In this document: positions 28,824 to 37,938 of the stretch, in pieces
Numbering within the stretch: position 1 is the first letter of the stretch
Layout: each line of letters opens with the position of its first letter
Assembly: GCA_965205015.1 (NCBI GenBank)
Contig: OZ242029.1
Span: 5,472,001-5,536,000 of the forward strand
DNA length: 64,000 nt
Source: Candidatus Poribacteria bacterium
GTDB taxonomy: Bacteria; Poribacteria; WGA-4E; WGA-3G
Reading direction: 5' to 3'
The notes under the pieces: model-generated
The model's database searches: none
Told to the model about the DNA's origin: nothing
The model's input: the letters and a program-made list of their open reading frames with translations, nothing else
Position numbers and translations under genes: made by a program

Positions 28824-29582
28824 TCAGGGGCATTCAATATCAAGCTGAATATATGAGCACATCCTACCTGTTTGTCCGTTCTCAGCCCGATGTGAATAAA
28901 AAAGGTCTGTACGACAAGCGGTGCAAAGTGAGGATATTGAAATGGAAGTGGAGGGTAAACCCGCTTCAACCAATTGGTTAACATTGGCAGCCTGTAGACT
29001 CAAGTTTGTTCCGTCATGGACGCCACTGCCGAAGCGTTCAGCAAATTGTGTAAGCAATTCTGCGCTGACGGTATAGCAACATTTCTGGATAGAGGGTCCC
29101 AAATGAATCCGGCAATTTTCAACAACAGTTCCGAAACGGAGTTTCATTTGCAAAAGCGTGTTTACGGCAATTCGTGCGAAGGTGCCGCGCCACCCCGCAT
29201 GCGCGATCCCGATGGCTGGCGTCTCAATATCAAGAATGAAAATAGGGACACAATCCGCTGTAAAAATTCCCAATGCCACACCGCGAGAGGCGGAAACAAG
29301 AGCGTCTGCCTCTGGAAGGTTTTCAGGAGATGCGCCCGTTGTATCATCTACATCAATAACACAGTTTCCATGAACTTGACGACAATACCGAAGATTCTTT
29401 AAACCCGTTTGCTGAAAAAGGATTTCCCTGTTGGTTGCGACTGCACTCGGATCGTCGCCGACATGTTCAGCGAGATTCAAGGATGCGTAAGGTGCCCGAC
29501 TAACGCCCCCCGTACGTAGACTAATGCCGGCAGTGACACCGCCGGTTGTTTGCAGTTCCTGAATCGCGCGATACGGCTTCAT
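28824..29582 (-). CDS. pgeF: Peptidoglycan editing factor / YfiH-YlmD family protein
   Basis: RTGGVS, SLNL, QVHG, TADCVP, HAGWRG, GPSI, CT, YSHR. Confidence 0.93.
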   Translation of the reverse strand: MKPYRAIQELQTTGGVTAGISLRTGGVSRAPYASLNLAEHVGDDPSAVATNREILFQQTGLKNLRYCRQVHGNCVIDVDDTTGASPENLPEADALVSASRGVALGIFTADCVPIFILDIETPAIGIAHAGWRGTFARIAVNTLLQMKLRFGTVVENCRIHLGPSIQKCCYTVSAELLTQFAERFGSGVHDGTNLSLQAANVNQLVEAGLPSTSISISSLCTACRTDLFYSHRAENGQTGRMCSYIQLDIECP

Positions 29583-29905
29583 GGCTTGTAATCTTCTCGT
29601 GGTGGACTAAAGATGTCAAGAGCAACAGCCGGCTCTTCAAACGCCCTGGCACTGTGCTTCACATTAGAAGGGATAAGGTAAGCATCACCCTTTTTGAGTA
29701 TCCGAGAATCTCCGTCGATAGACAGTTCAAATGTTCCTTCGAGGACCATCCCCATCTGTTCATGCGGATGACTGTGCTCCGCAACGATACTCTGGGGTTG
29801 CAGATTGACAAAGGACATCATTACTTTTTCACCGTGAAGGGTCCGAATACTCGCACCATCAAACACCTGCTTTTCGGGTTGCTCATCAATAACAAAAAAG
29901 GGCAT
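29579..29905 (-). CDS. Cupin domain protein
   Basis: HSHPHEQ, IPSNVKH, DIFSPPREDY. Confidence 0.9.
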   Translation of the reverse strand: MPFFVIDEQPEKQVFDGASIRTLHGEKVMMSFVNLQPQSIVAEHSHPHEQMGMVLEGTFELSIDGDSRILKKGDAYLIPSNVKHSARAFEEPAVALDIFSPPREDYKP

Positions 29906-29976
29906 CGGTTGTGGGTATCTCCTGTTTAGATATGTGCTGGATCAGTTGCCAGTTGTCAGCAAACGCATCACCTTAT

Positions 29977-30750
29977 CTATGGAAATGGCACATCGGGTGT
30001 GGCAGGTTCGACGTAAAGCAGCCTTTTACAACTTGAACAGTAGACCTGCTTCTGATACTTTTGCGCCTCCTTGAGGGTCTGCGGTTGAATAGCGATGCGG
30101 CAACTGGCACAGATGCCGTTTTTGCTGAGTGCGACGAAACCGGTTTTTGCTCGTGCTGCGCCGGACTGGCTTGCAAACTGTGCTTTCATCCAACGGTGAT
30201 ATTCGTCTCTGAGTGCTTTTTCAATTTTAGGAAGAAACGCCCTCCGCCGTTTCAACTTTTCATCCTTCTCTGTCTCTAAATCCTGGCGTTCTCGCTGGAG
30301 TTGTGCGGTTTCAGTAGCCGTTTTCTGCTTTTCGCGGTTTACTTCAACTTCCAATTGTGCCAATTCTTCTTTGAGTTGATCGCTTTTCTCCATAAGAACC
30401 AAGATCGTATCTTCCGCTTCTTCGTCCACCATATCAAGATATTCAATTTGTCGTTCAAGTGCATCATAAGCCTCGTTTGTCTTAACAATGCGTTGTTCAT
30501 CTTGATATTTTTCGCGTTGTACAGCGTTCATTTCAATTTCAGCGTTTTTGGATCGTTGTTCTCTCTCTGTCTCCGCGAGTTCCGCCGATTTCGCCGCCAT
30601 ATCTTCTTCATACACTACAACGTCTGCCTCTAACTGTTTAATACTCCGTGGGATCTCTTGAAGTTTTCGCTGGATTGACAACAGTTCTCGGTCACGCTCC
30701 TGTAATTGGTATAACAAAGCAAGTTGTTGTTGTAAAGGCTCGTTAGCCAT
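29977..30750 (-). CDS. Coiled-coil plus C4 zinc-ribbon protein (DUF164/HP0958-like)
   Basis: LYQLQERD, long coiled coil, CASC...CSSCKRLLY. Confidence 0.9.
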   Translation of the reverse strand: MANEPLQQQLALLYQLQERDRELLSIQRKLQEIPRSIKQLEADVVVYEEDMAAKSAELAETEREQRSKNAEIEMNAVQREKYQDEQRIVKTNEAYDALERQIEYLDMVDEEAEDTILVLMEKSDQLKEELAQLEVEVNREKQKTATETAQLQRERQDLETEKDEKLKRRRAFLPKIEKALRDEYHRWMKAQFASQSGAARAKTGFVALSKNGICASCRIAIQPQTLKEAQKYQKQVYCSSCKRLLYVEPATPDVPFP

Positions 30751-31580
30751 TATACTTCTGCCTCCTTTTCGACGAGGTATGCAAAGAAAATACCGAGTTG
30801 ATATAAAACAAAGAGGGGTATTGCCATCAACAACATTGAACCCGGATCGGCAGGCGTCAAGAGGGCTGACATGACACAGATACCCAATAAAGCGTAACTT
30901 TGCTTCTCACGGAAGCCCTGCGCATCAATAACACCGATACGGGATAGAAACGCCATCACTATCGGTAACTCAAAAGCGATACCGAATCCTAAGATCAAGC
31001 GAGTTACAAAGTTGATATATTTTTCCAGGTCCCACATATTGGGTAGCTCGGGTAGCAGCTGCGCCGAGAATTGCAGAACCACCGGTGTGACAATAAAGTA
31101 TGCGAAAGCCGCACCGAAGATGAAAAATATGACGATAATTAAAAACAACGGCACCGCGAATTGTCGTTCTTGGCGATTCAGCGCCGGAAAAACGAACGCC
31201 CAAATGTGATAAATGATGATCGGTAGTGCAAGCAAAATACCGGTGGTTATCCCTAATTTCAGGTATGCCATGATACCTTCCAAGGGACCCACCTTCATCA
31301 GGATTGCGTCGACACTGGAAGTTCCAGACCGCAAAGCGAGTGCGAAAAATCCGAGTATCGAGCCCTCAGCTCCCCCTACGGCATCAATAGCATTCGCAAT
31401 TAGCGTATTCATCGAAGTTCCCAATGGAAACTTAATGACCTTCTCAATAGGCTTGCTGAAGGACAAACTTAAGACCGTAAAAACGGCGATTGCAATAGCA
31501 GAAATAATAATGCGACGCCGGAGTTCCTCCAAGTGTTCCCAGAAGGTCATTGCTATTTCTTTAGATTCCGTAGATTCCAT
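30750..31580 (-). CDS. tatC: Twin-arginine translocase subunit C
   Basis: HLEELRRR, WAFVFPAL, FELP, ALLTPAD. Confidence 0.95.
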   Translation of the reverse strand: MESTESKEIAMTFWEHLEELRRRIIISAIAIAVFTVLSLSFSKPIEKVIKFPLGTSMNTLIANAIDAVGGAEGSILGFFALALRSGTSSVDAILMKVGPLEGIMAYLKLGITTGILLALPIIIYHIWAFVFPALNRQERQFAVPLFLIIVIFFIFGAAFAYFIVTPVVLQFSAQLLPELPNMWDLEKYINFVTRLILGFGIAFELPIVMAFLSRIGVIDAQGFREKQSYALLGICVMSALLTPADPGSMLLMAIPLFVLYQLGIFFAYLVEKEAEV

Positions 31581-31607
31581 AGTGCACGCCGCTCACGGTA
31601 TGAGCAA

Positions 31608-31823
31608 TCAAGAAGGTTTTGGGGGTTTAATGTTCGGATCCGGTTCTTTATCAATCTCATTTGCCGCTTTTGTCAATTCATCTTGAAGATCACTCCCTGC
31701 ACTCTTAAATTCTCGGATCGCTTTGCCGAGCGAACGCCCCATTTCGGGCAACTTTTTCGGTCCAAAAATGACGAGTGCGACCACAAGGATTATAAAGATC
31801 TCCATTCCGCCGATTCCACCCAT
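31608..31823 (-). CDS. tatA: Twin-arginine translocase TatA/E subunit
   Basis: IFGPKKLPEMGRSLGKAIREFK. Confidence 0.93.
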   Translation of the reverse strand: MGGIGGMEIFIILVVALVIFGPKKLPEMGRSLGKAIREFKSAGSDLQDELTKAANEIDKEPDPNIKPPKPS

Positions 31824-32010
31824 ATCTTTATGCCTCCTCCAATGAAATGTAGTCGTTTGCTGCTATTTATAGTATAGCAAAAAATCGCTCTATTCGCAAC
31901 TATTTTTTATTGATGTCAGGGGTCCGTTCTACCTGAACTACATTTATAGATTTCAGCCCCAGTTAGGAAGGTGAAAATGTTTGAATTCACTCGCGCAATA
32001 TGCTATGATG

Positions 32011-33201
32011 TTAGCGGCGTGGGAAGAACGTATCAATTCCCGCTTCAATGTCTTCAATCGGATGCCCATGTTGCTGCTGATAAGTTTCATGGGTGACGCG
32101 CTCTGTTGCCGTTAGGTCGGTCAGAGGGAAAACGATGGCTTCTCTACTACGATTACCGGATTCGTTCATGGCAATGTTCATCTCTTGGTCCTGCCTGGCG
32201 AGCACTGCGCCGTATTCTGGCTCGGTATCGTTAAGCACAGCCGTGGCGATGCTGAGGAGTTCATCTGCCACTGCCATTTGTCTTTCGGAAATGGCATAGT
32301 CCTTGAGCGGGTTTTCCCATGTCACGGTCTGTTCAGGTAATTGCAACTCGATCTTCTCAATGACTTCGACTCCATCTACGTCAATTGTGGTTTGCTCGGG
32401 GCGGTAAGCAATGCCCAAGGCGCCAGATTGTAGGTCCTCTGCGGGGGTTACGTAGATATCCCCACCGACAATGGTGCCTTTGCTGCCGTCGATCTGCGAG
32501 ATTCCAGTTTGTCCGCGTCCCAAGGATCGGGCGTGGATAACGTTGGAATACACCATGAGGGCGGTCGCGTTGTTGTCGAATTCAATGAAGGCAAGGCTCC
32601 AGTTGTCGCTTGTATGATGCCGTTTCATTCGGTCGATAATCGGAATTACAGGACTTGTTTGCGTGATACCGAGCATAGATTTCGGTTCACCCCCCGCACG
32701 GAGGCGGAGCATGCTCATCCCATGATGACCGCCTTCATGGAAAATTCGGTAGATCCGAGCGACTTCGCCGATAACATCTGCTTCAATCACTTTCGACAAA
32801 AACCGCTCACGCGGGACACGGTAATAGTTCTCAGCGATCTCAAGTTTGACATTATTCGCTTTGGCACGTTCAATCATCAGGTCCGCTGTAGGGAGTGTAA
32901 CAGTAATAGGGGTTTCGCAAAGGATATGAACGCCGGCATCTGCCATAAAGCATGCAATCGCGTGATGTGCGAGTGCCGGAACAGTAATATCAACGACATC
33001 CAGTTCTTCATGGGCAACGAGATCCCGGACATTGGTGTACGGGGTCGCGCCATATTGTTTCGCGTAGTGCGTTGCCACTTCCTCGTCTATATCGCAAATT
33101 GCGACGAGATTGTAAATATCCTTGAGTTTCGCAATAACAGGCAGATGCGCACCACTGCCTCGCCTTCCTGCACCCACTAAAGCGATGTTGAGTTTGGACA
33201 T
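32011..33201 (-). CDS. Gfo/Idh/MocA family oxidoreductase
   Basis: VGAGRRG, AICD, HILCETP, AENY. Confidence 0.88.
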   Translation of the reverse strand: MSKLNIALVGAGRRGSGAHLPVIAKLKDIYNLVAICDIDEEVATHYAKQYGATPYTNVRDLVAHEELDVVDITVPALAHHAIACFMADAGVHILCETPITVTLPTADLMIERAKANNVKLEIAENYYRVPRERFLSKVIEADVIGEVARIYRIFHEGGHHGMSMLRLRAGGEPKSMLGITQTSPVIPIIDRMKRHHTSDNWSLAFIEFDNNATALMVYSNVIHARSLGRGQTGISQIDGSKGTIVGGDIYVTPAEDLQSGALGIAYRPEQTTIDVDGVEVIEKIELQLPEQTVTWENPLKDYAISERQMAVADELLSIATAVLNDTEPEYGAVLARQDQEMNIAMNESGNRSREAIVFPLTDLTATERVTHETYQQQHGHPIEDIEAGIDTFFPRR

Positions 33202-33306
33202 AGGAATCTCCTTTTATTGGCTATCAGTCATCGATTGTCGGTATTTCGCTGTAATGAAGATAACAGTTCTACGGAAATGTGTCAACGGGAAACATTGGTT
33301 ATCTAA

Positions 33307-33431
33307 ATAAAGGTAGGCACAAGACCTGCCATAAGGGCAGGCACAAGACCTGTCATAAGGGCAGGCATAAGACCTGTCATAAGGGCAGGCATAAGACCTG
33401 TCATAAGGGCAGGCACAAGACCTGCCCCTAC
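33307..33431. repeat. Tandem array of 5 x 24-bp REP units ending in CCTAC
   Basis: ATAAGGGCAGGCA(C/T)AAGACCTG(T/C)C repeated. Confidence 0.92.
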
Positions 33432-33479
33432 ATTGTTGTTCATAAAACAGCGGGATTTGCGGGAGTTCGATCAAAAATC

Positions 33480-34238
33480 ATGTTTGCCATCATCCTCAAA
33501 GAGCTCCATTGCTATTGTAATTCTACTAAATACCGACGTATTCAATTTCTGATTATATGTGCGCTCACCTTGCTGCTGTTTGTAGCCACAGTTGAATTCT
33601 ATGCCGACAGTCGGACGGGCAAATCGACTGACGTCGGGAAACAGACGTATATACTTTTTATCATCGCCCTTTTGATTGTGCAATTTTGGGTGCCAAGACA
33701 TGCTGTTGAGGTGTGGCATAGTGAAGGGGCGCCAAGGTCTTATCAACCACGCCTACAAGCATATGGACAGAATGGAGCACTCCTCGCGCTAACGCCATTG
33801 ACACATTGGAAAATCTTGGCGGGTAAACTCAGTGCTATTGTGATATGGGCACTGTGGAGTATTTGGCTCACTATTCCACTGTTGACCCTCTCAAACTACA
33901 TAGGCGGTTTGACAGCGGCGCAATTGGTGAGATGTGGGGCAGTATTATTGGTAAGTTGTATTTTTTACGCCCTTATCGGAATCAGTTTCGCGCTATGGAA
34001 TTCTCCCATTCGGGCACAGAGTATAAGTTACGGGCTTGTTTTGCTCACCGCTTTTCTCCCACTGGTTCCAGTCCGGCCATTTAACGCAATTCCGTTGTTC
34101 GCGGCGATGAGTCCACTATGCGCCCTATTGTCCATCTTCAAGGCGGATTCAACGGACTTGTGGGGGTGGAATATAGGGATGTTTTGTGCGTTATCGTTTC
34201 TAATTTTCTTTCTATTGGTTAAATGGATCGCCCGCTGA
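33480..34238 (+). CDS. ABC-2-type permease-like membrane protein
   Basis: IILKEL N-terminus, LLALTPL...ILAGKL, about six TM helices. Confidence 0.75.
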   Translation: MFAIILKELHCYCNSTKYRRIQFLIICALTLLLFVATVEFYADSRTGKSTDVGKQTYILFIIALLIVQFWVPRHAVEVWHSEGAPRSYQPRLQAYGQNGALLALTPLTHWKILAGKLSAIVIWALWSIWLTIPLLTLSNYIGGLTAAQLVRCGAVLLVSCIFYALIGISFALWNSPIRAQSISYGLVLLTAFLPLVPVRPFNAIPLFAAMSPLCALLSIFKADSTDLWGWNIGMFCALSFLIFFLLVKWIAR

Positions 34239-34299
34239 TACTGGTGCGGGACCCTAAAACTGAAATACAAGTTTTTAAAGGGATTATAAGCCTTTTTCA

Positions 34300-36252
34300 A
34301 TGCATAAAACAAGCACACCAAAACACTCGACCCATTTGCAAGAAACACCGCAGCCTGCACACCCCGGTGTAACCTTCCGCGCGATTCTGATCGGCATCCT
34401 CCTCATACCGCCAAACACCTATTTTATCATGGCGAACCATCTCCGTTACTGGAGCACCTTACCCACAACGATGTCGCTGATTTACAACGTCGTGGTAACA
34501 TTGGTAGTGTTAACGTGCCTCAATTTCTTGCTGAAATTGTTGTTGCCCCGCTTCGCGCTCCGACAGGGAGAACTGCTCACTATCTACGTCATTCTCTCCA
34601 TTTCATCGGCGATCGCGGGACACGATATGATGCAGACCGTTGTGCCTGTCATTCCGAACGGTTTTTGGTTTGCGACACCCGAAAATGAATGGCAACAACT
34701 CTTCTGGCGGCATCTACCGAACTGGATGACACTCAGTGAGTTGTCCGTCTTGCAAGATTTCTACGATGGCGATACAACTTTTTATACACAAAGGTATCTG
34801 GTCGCGTGGTGGGAACCGATTTTATGGTGGACTATTTTTCTCTCCGTGCTGATTTGGGTGATGATTTGTATCGATCTGCTCCTGCGGAAGCAGTGGATTG
34901 AACGGGAGCGGCTCAGCTACCCGATCGTCCGTCTGCCGATAGAAATGACATACTCAGATGGACGACTCTTCAAAAACAGGATGTTATGGGTGGGCTTCGC
35001 GATTGCGGGAGGTATCGACTTAATCAACGGTATCCACGCCTTTTTTCCAACATTTCCAGAGATACCGGTCCGTAAGGCAGACCTCGGCATCTATTTCACT
35101 GAAAAACCGTGGGATGCAATGGGCTGGACGCCTGTCTATATCCTCTCATTCGGTGTAGGACTTGCTTTTTTAATGCCGCTGGAGATGTCGTTTTCGCTCT
35201 GGTTTTTCTATCTATTTTGGAAGGGGGAACGCATTTTGGGACGGGCGATGGGACTTCAAGTTTTACCGGGTTTCCCTTACGATGGACCGCAAGGCGTAGG
35301 CGCGTATTTGGCTATCGCCTGCTTTGGACTCTACGGTGGACGCAAACATTTTTACGCCATCTTCAGAAACCTGATGGGTCAAAAAGATACAAATCTTCCA
35401 CCGGAGATGCAAGATTCAACGAACTATCGATGGCCACTGGCGGGGTTAATCGGCGGGGTTCTCTTTCTCTTCATCTTTTCACACCGCGGCGGGATGGCGA
35501 TCTGGATGATAGCATTGTATTTCGCTATTTATTACTTGCTTGCATTGGGAATCACACGCGTCCGTGCTGAGGTTGGACCCCCGACGCATGAGATGTTCGT
35601 AGCGAACCCGCGACAATTTATCATAGATTCGTTGGGTTCGCGTATGATTCCGCCACCGAGTTTAACGATGATGTCGCTCTATTTCGCGTTCAATCGTGGA
35701 TACCGTGCGCATCCGATGCCGCATACACTGGAAGGTTTTAAACTCGCGGAAGTGTCGAATATGCGTGCAGGACGGATGGTCGTGGCTCTGATGTGCGGTG
35801 TCTTTTTCGGGATTCTCGCCTCGTTTTGGGCATACTTGGTGGTTTCCTACAAGATAGGTGCGAACCCCGGGTTGGGAAGCGGGGGTTACAATATGCTCCG
35901 CTCGTGGCTGTACTATCCGACGGAAACGAACATCCCCGCAGTGACGTTTATGGGGGTCGGATTCCTATTTACGGGACTTCTGTGGTGGATGCGTACCCGT
36001 TTTCCGATGTTCCCGTTTCATCCCACCGGTTATGCAGTGGCAAGTAGCATGTGGACCTTCGGTTGGCTTTGGTTTTCCGTGTTAATTAGTTGGGCGATCA
36101 AAAACCTCATTTTGCGGTTCGGTGGGATTCGGCTTTATCACCGCGTGCTACCGCTCTTTTTGGGACTCATCCTCGGGCAGTTCATTGTCGGCGGCACGTG
36201 GGTACTGATTCGGCTTATCTGGGGTGTGTCCGTTTATTCGTTTTATCGGTAA
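34300..36252 (+). CDS. Large multi-TM protein (DUF6785/DUF6784-like, putative transporter)
   Basis: GVTFRAIL, RKQWIERERLSYPI, RVRAEVGPP, PFHPTGY; paralog of 52417..54378. Confidence 0.8.
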   Translation: MHKTSTPKHSTHLQETPQPAHPGVTFRAILIGILLIPPNTYFIMANHLRYWSTLPTTMSLIYNVVVTLVVLTCLNFLLKLLLPRFALRQGELLTIYVILSISSAIAGHDMMQTVVPVIPNGFWFATPENEWQQLFWRHLPNWMTLSELSVLQDFYDGDTTFYTQRYLVAWWEPILWWTIFLSVLIWVMICIDLLLRKQWIERERLSYPIVRLPIEMTYSDGRLFKNRMLWVGFAIAGGIDLINGIHAFFPTFPEIPVRKADLGIYFTEKPWDAMGWTPVYILSFGVGLAFLMPLEMSFSLWFFYLFWKGERILGRAMGLQVLPGFPYDGPQGVGAYLAIACFGLYGGRKHFYAIFRNLMGQKDTNLPPEMQDSTNYRWPLAGLIGGVLFLFIFSHRGGMAIWMIALYFAIYYLLALGITRVRAEVGPPTHEMFVANPRQFIIDSLGSRMIPPPSLTMMSLYFAFNRGYRAHPMPHTLEGFKLAEVSNMRAGRMVVALMCGVFFGILASFWAYLVVSYKIGANPGLGSGGYNMLRSWLYYPTETNIPAVTFMGVGFLFTGLLWWMRTRFPMFPFHPTGYAVASSMWTFGWLWFSVLISWAIKNLILRFGGIRLYHRVLPLFLGLILGQFIVGGTWVLIRLIWGVSVYSFYR

Positions 36253-36423
36253 ATTGTCTGAATCAAAATTTTCAGGATTTTGGGATTACCGGGATAAGCA
36301 AGGATTTGATGTGCCTCAAACGCGATTGCAGCGAATATCAAATGAAATTTACTATTTTTTGATTATGATTTCTTCTTGCACAAAGCCTGCGTTTGAAGGT
36401 ATACTATATGGCGGTGTTAACTG

Positions 36424-36651
36424 ATGGCGTATATTGATAAGGTTAAGGAAGAAATTGGCTGGTTAAAGGTGGTTTTTGCCATTTTGCTTGCGGCGGACCT
36501 TTCTCTTGTCGCATGGGGAGTTCAGAATTATGGAAAAGCCAGTCCACGTTTTCTTACAATTGGAGTAATTGCAGCATTCTTGGTTACATTGACAATTACT
36601 TGGGTTAACAAGGTTGCCTATCGTAAGATTAACAAATTGGAGGACTTATAA
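36424..36651 (+). CDS. Small 2-TM protein
   Basis: DKVKEEIGWLK followed by two hydrophobic helices; TTGCAC-18-TATACT upstream. Confidence 0.7.
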   Translation: MAYIDKVKEEIGWLKVVFAILLAADLSLVAWGVQNYGKASPRFLTIGVIAAFLVTLTITWVNKVAYRKINKLEDL

Positions 36652-36743
36652 TGGAATGGTTTGCAATTTCCATGCTGGTCATATTCCTCACGGGTCTCGG
36701 CATAGTCGCAGGAACTGCGATAAGAAACGCCTATAAAGACTAA
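36651..36743 (+). CDS. 30-aa single-TM microprotein
   Basis: MEWFAISMLVIFLTGLGIVAGTAIRNAYKD; TAATG overlap with the upstream gene and GGAGG SD. Confidence 0.65.
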   Translation: MEWFAISMLVIFLTGLGIVAGTAIRNAYKD

Positions 36744-36897
36744 CTTCTGTGATTCGCGCTGCTCTGCTTTTCGTAGCACGAGCACTTCGTAGTGGAAAAT
36801 GGAGAACTGAATGTCCGTATCAAGCGAAAGGTTGCCCTTATAGAAGAAAAGAGCAGAGCACCCATCCCCAACAAGGTATTTAGCAAGGAGAACAGGC

Positions 36898-37100
36898 ATG
36901 GCGATGTCCGAAAAGGGTGGGCACCTCGGTTATGCCCTGACCCAAGAAAGCAGTCTTTATCCAGACACGGATGGTCAACCCATGGCAGCGCAGACCAAGA
37001 GGTCATCGCACGCCAACAGGCAGAAACCCGCGCAGAGGCGGCGGAAATGGAAGCTGCACGCCTGCGCGCTGAGCTAGACCGCTTGCGGGGAAATCACTAA
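36898..37100 (+). pseudogene. Internally deleted Uma2-family endonuclease gene
   Basis: AAGGAG SD, then ...LYPDTDGQPMA (Uma2-type N-terminus) joined out of frame to ...ARQQAETRAEAAEMEAARLRAELDRLRG (Uma2-type tail). Confidence 0.65.
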
Positions 37101-37139
37101 GTCATCACACAACACAGTGTCACGATCAGGAGACGGTTC

Positions 37140-37937
37140 TCACAAGTACTCAGCAAATTCATCTCGGATCCGCACTTTATCACCATCATCTCCGAAACCG
37201 AGGCTAAACCACCCCTCATAACCGTGTCCATTCAACTGCGCAAATAGATCCCCAAAATCAATCGTCCCTTCCCCGGGAATGAGATGGATTTCATACGCAC
37301 CGGTATTGTCGTTGAGACGGACCTGACCGATGTTCTCCACACCGAAGGCATCCAAAAACCCTTGCCATCCCTCCGGAACGAGATGCCCGTGTGCGACATT
37401 AAACGCCCACTTGAGATACGGCGAACGAAGAGCATCGAAAAACCAGCGTGTCTCTTCAACATTATGGGGGATGTAATGGATTTCGGCGTGCTCCGGTTCC
37501 CGGTTGTGGTTCTCAAAGAAGATGACGATTCCTGCCTGTTCTGCTCGTTCGACCAATCGCTGGATACGTTCAATCGCAGCACTACGACGTTGCGCGACAT
37601 CTCCGAAATGATAACCACCGTGTCCGATGAGCCAGCCACACCCAAGCCGATGAGCCAGTTCTAAATTCGCAAAAAGGTAGTCATCGATCGCTTCAGACAT
37701 AATCGGCACGTACTCAGCATTGTTGATCGCCGACGAAGGGTGAATACCAATAGCGATTTCGTATGTTTCACAGAGATCTCGGACCCTGTGAACGCGCGTC
37801 GCATCAAACGAAGCGATGTCATTTGGCGGGACATCGGCTTGGAAGTCGATATATCCAAACCCATTTTCCGCCGCCCATTGGATCGATGCTTCGATCGGTC
37901 TGTTTTTTGGGGCATCAAAACCAAAACGTTCCTTCAT
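37140..37937 (-). CDS. Sugar phosphate isomerase/epimerase (xylose isomerase-like TIM barrel)
   Basis: HGG, FFEN, FNVAH, RLNDN, HLIPGEGTIDF. Confidence 0.85.
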   Translation of the reverse strand: MKERFGFDAPKNRPIEASIQWAAENGFGYIDFQADVPPNDIASFDATRVHRVRDLCETYEIAIGIHPSSAINNAEYVPIMSEAIDDYLFANLELAHRLGCGWLIGHGGYHFGDVAQRRSAAIERIQRLVERAEQAGIVIFFENHNREPEHAEIHYIPHNVEETRWFFDALRSPYLKWAFNVAHGHLVPEGWQGFLDAFGVENIGQVRLNDNTGAYEIHLIPGEGTIDFGDLFAQLNGHGYEGWFSLGFGDDGDKVRIRDEFAEYL

Positions 37938-37938
37938 A

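Noticed and set aside
33307-33431. CRISPR array (also 14368-14460 and 40774-41001)
   Set aside because: The repeats are contiguous with no unique spacers and no cas genes; they are REP or coding tandem repeats.
33279-33479. (KGRHKTCH)n N-terminal extension and antisense (CPYDRSYA)n ORF 33214..33474
   Set aside because: These are translations of the 24-bp REP array; the real gene most likely starts at 33480.
36792-37100. 102-aa ORF as a real gene
   Set aside because: Only its last ~36 codons look protein-like; it is better explained as the tail of a deleted Uma2 gene.
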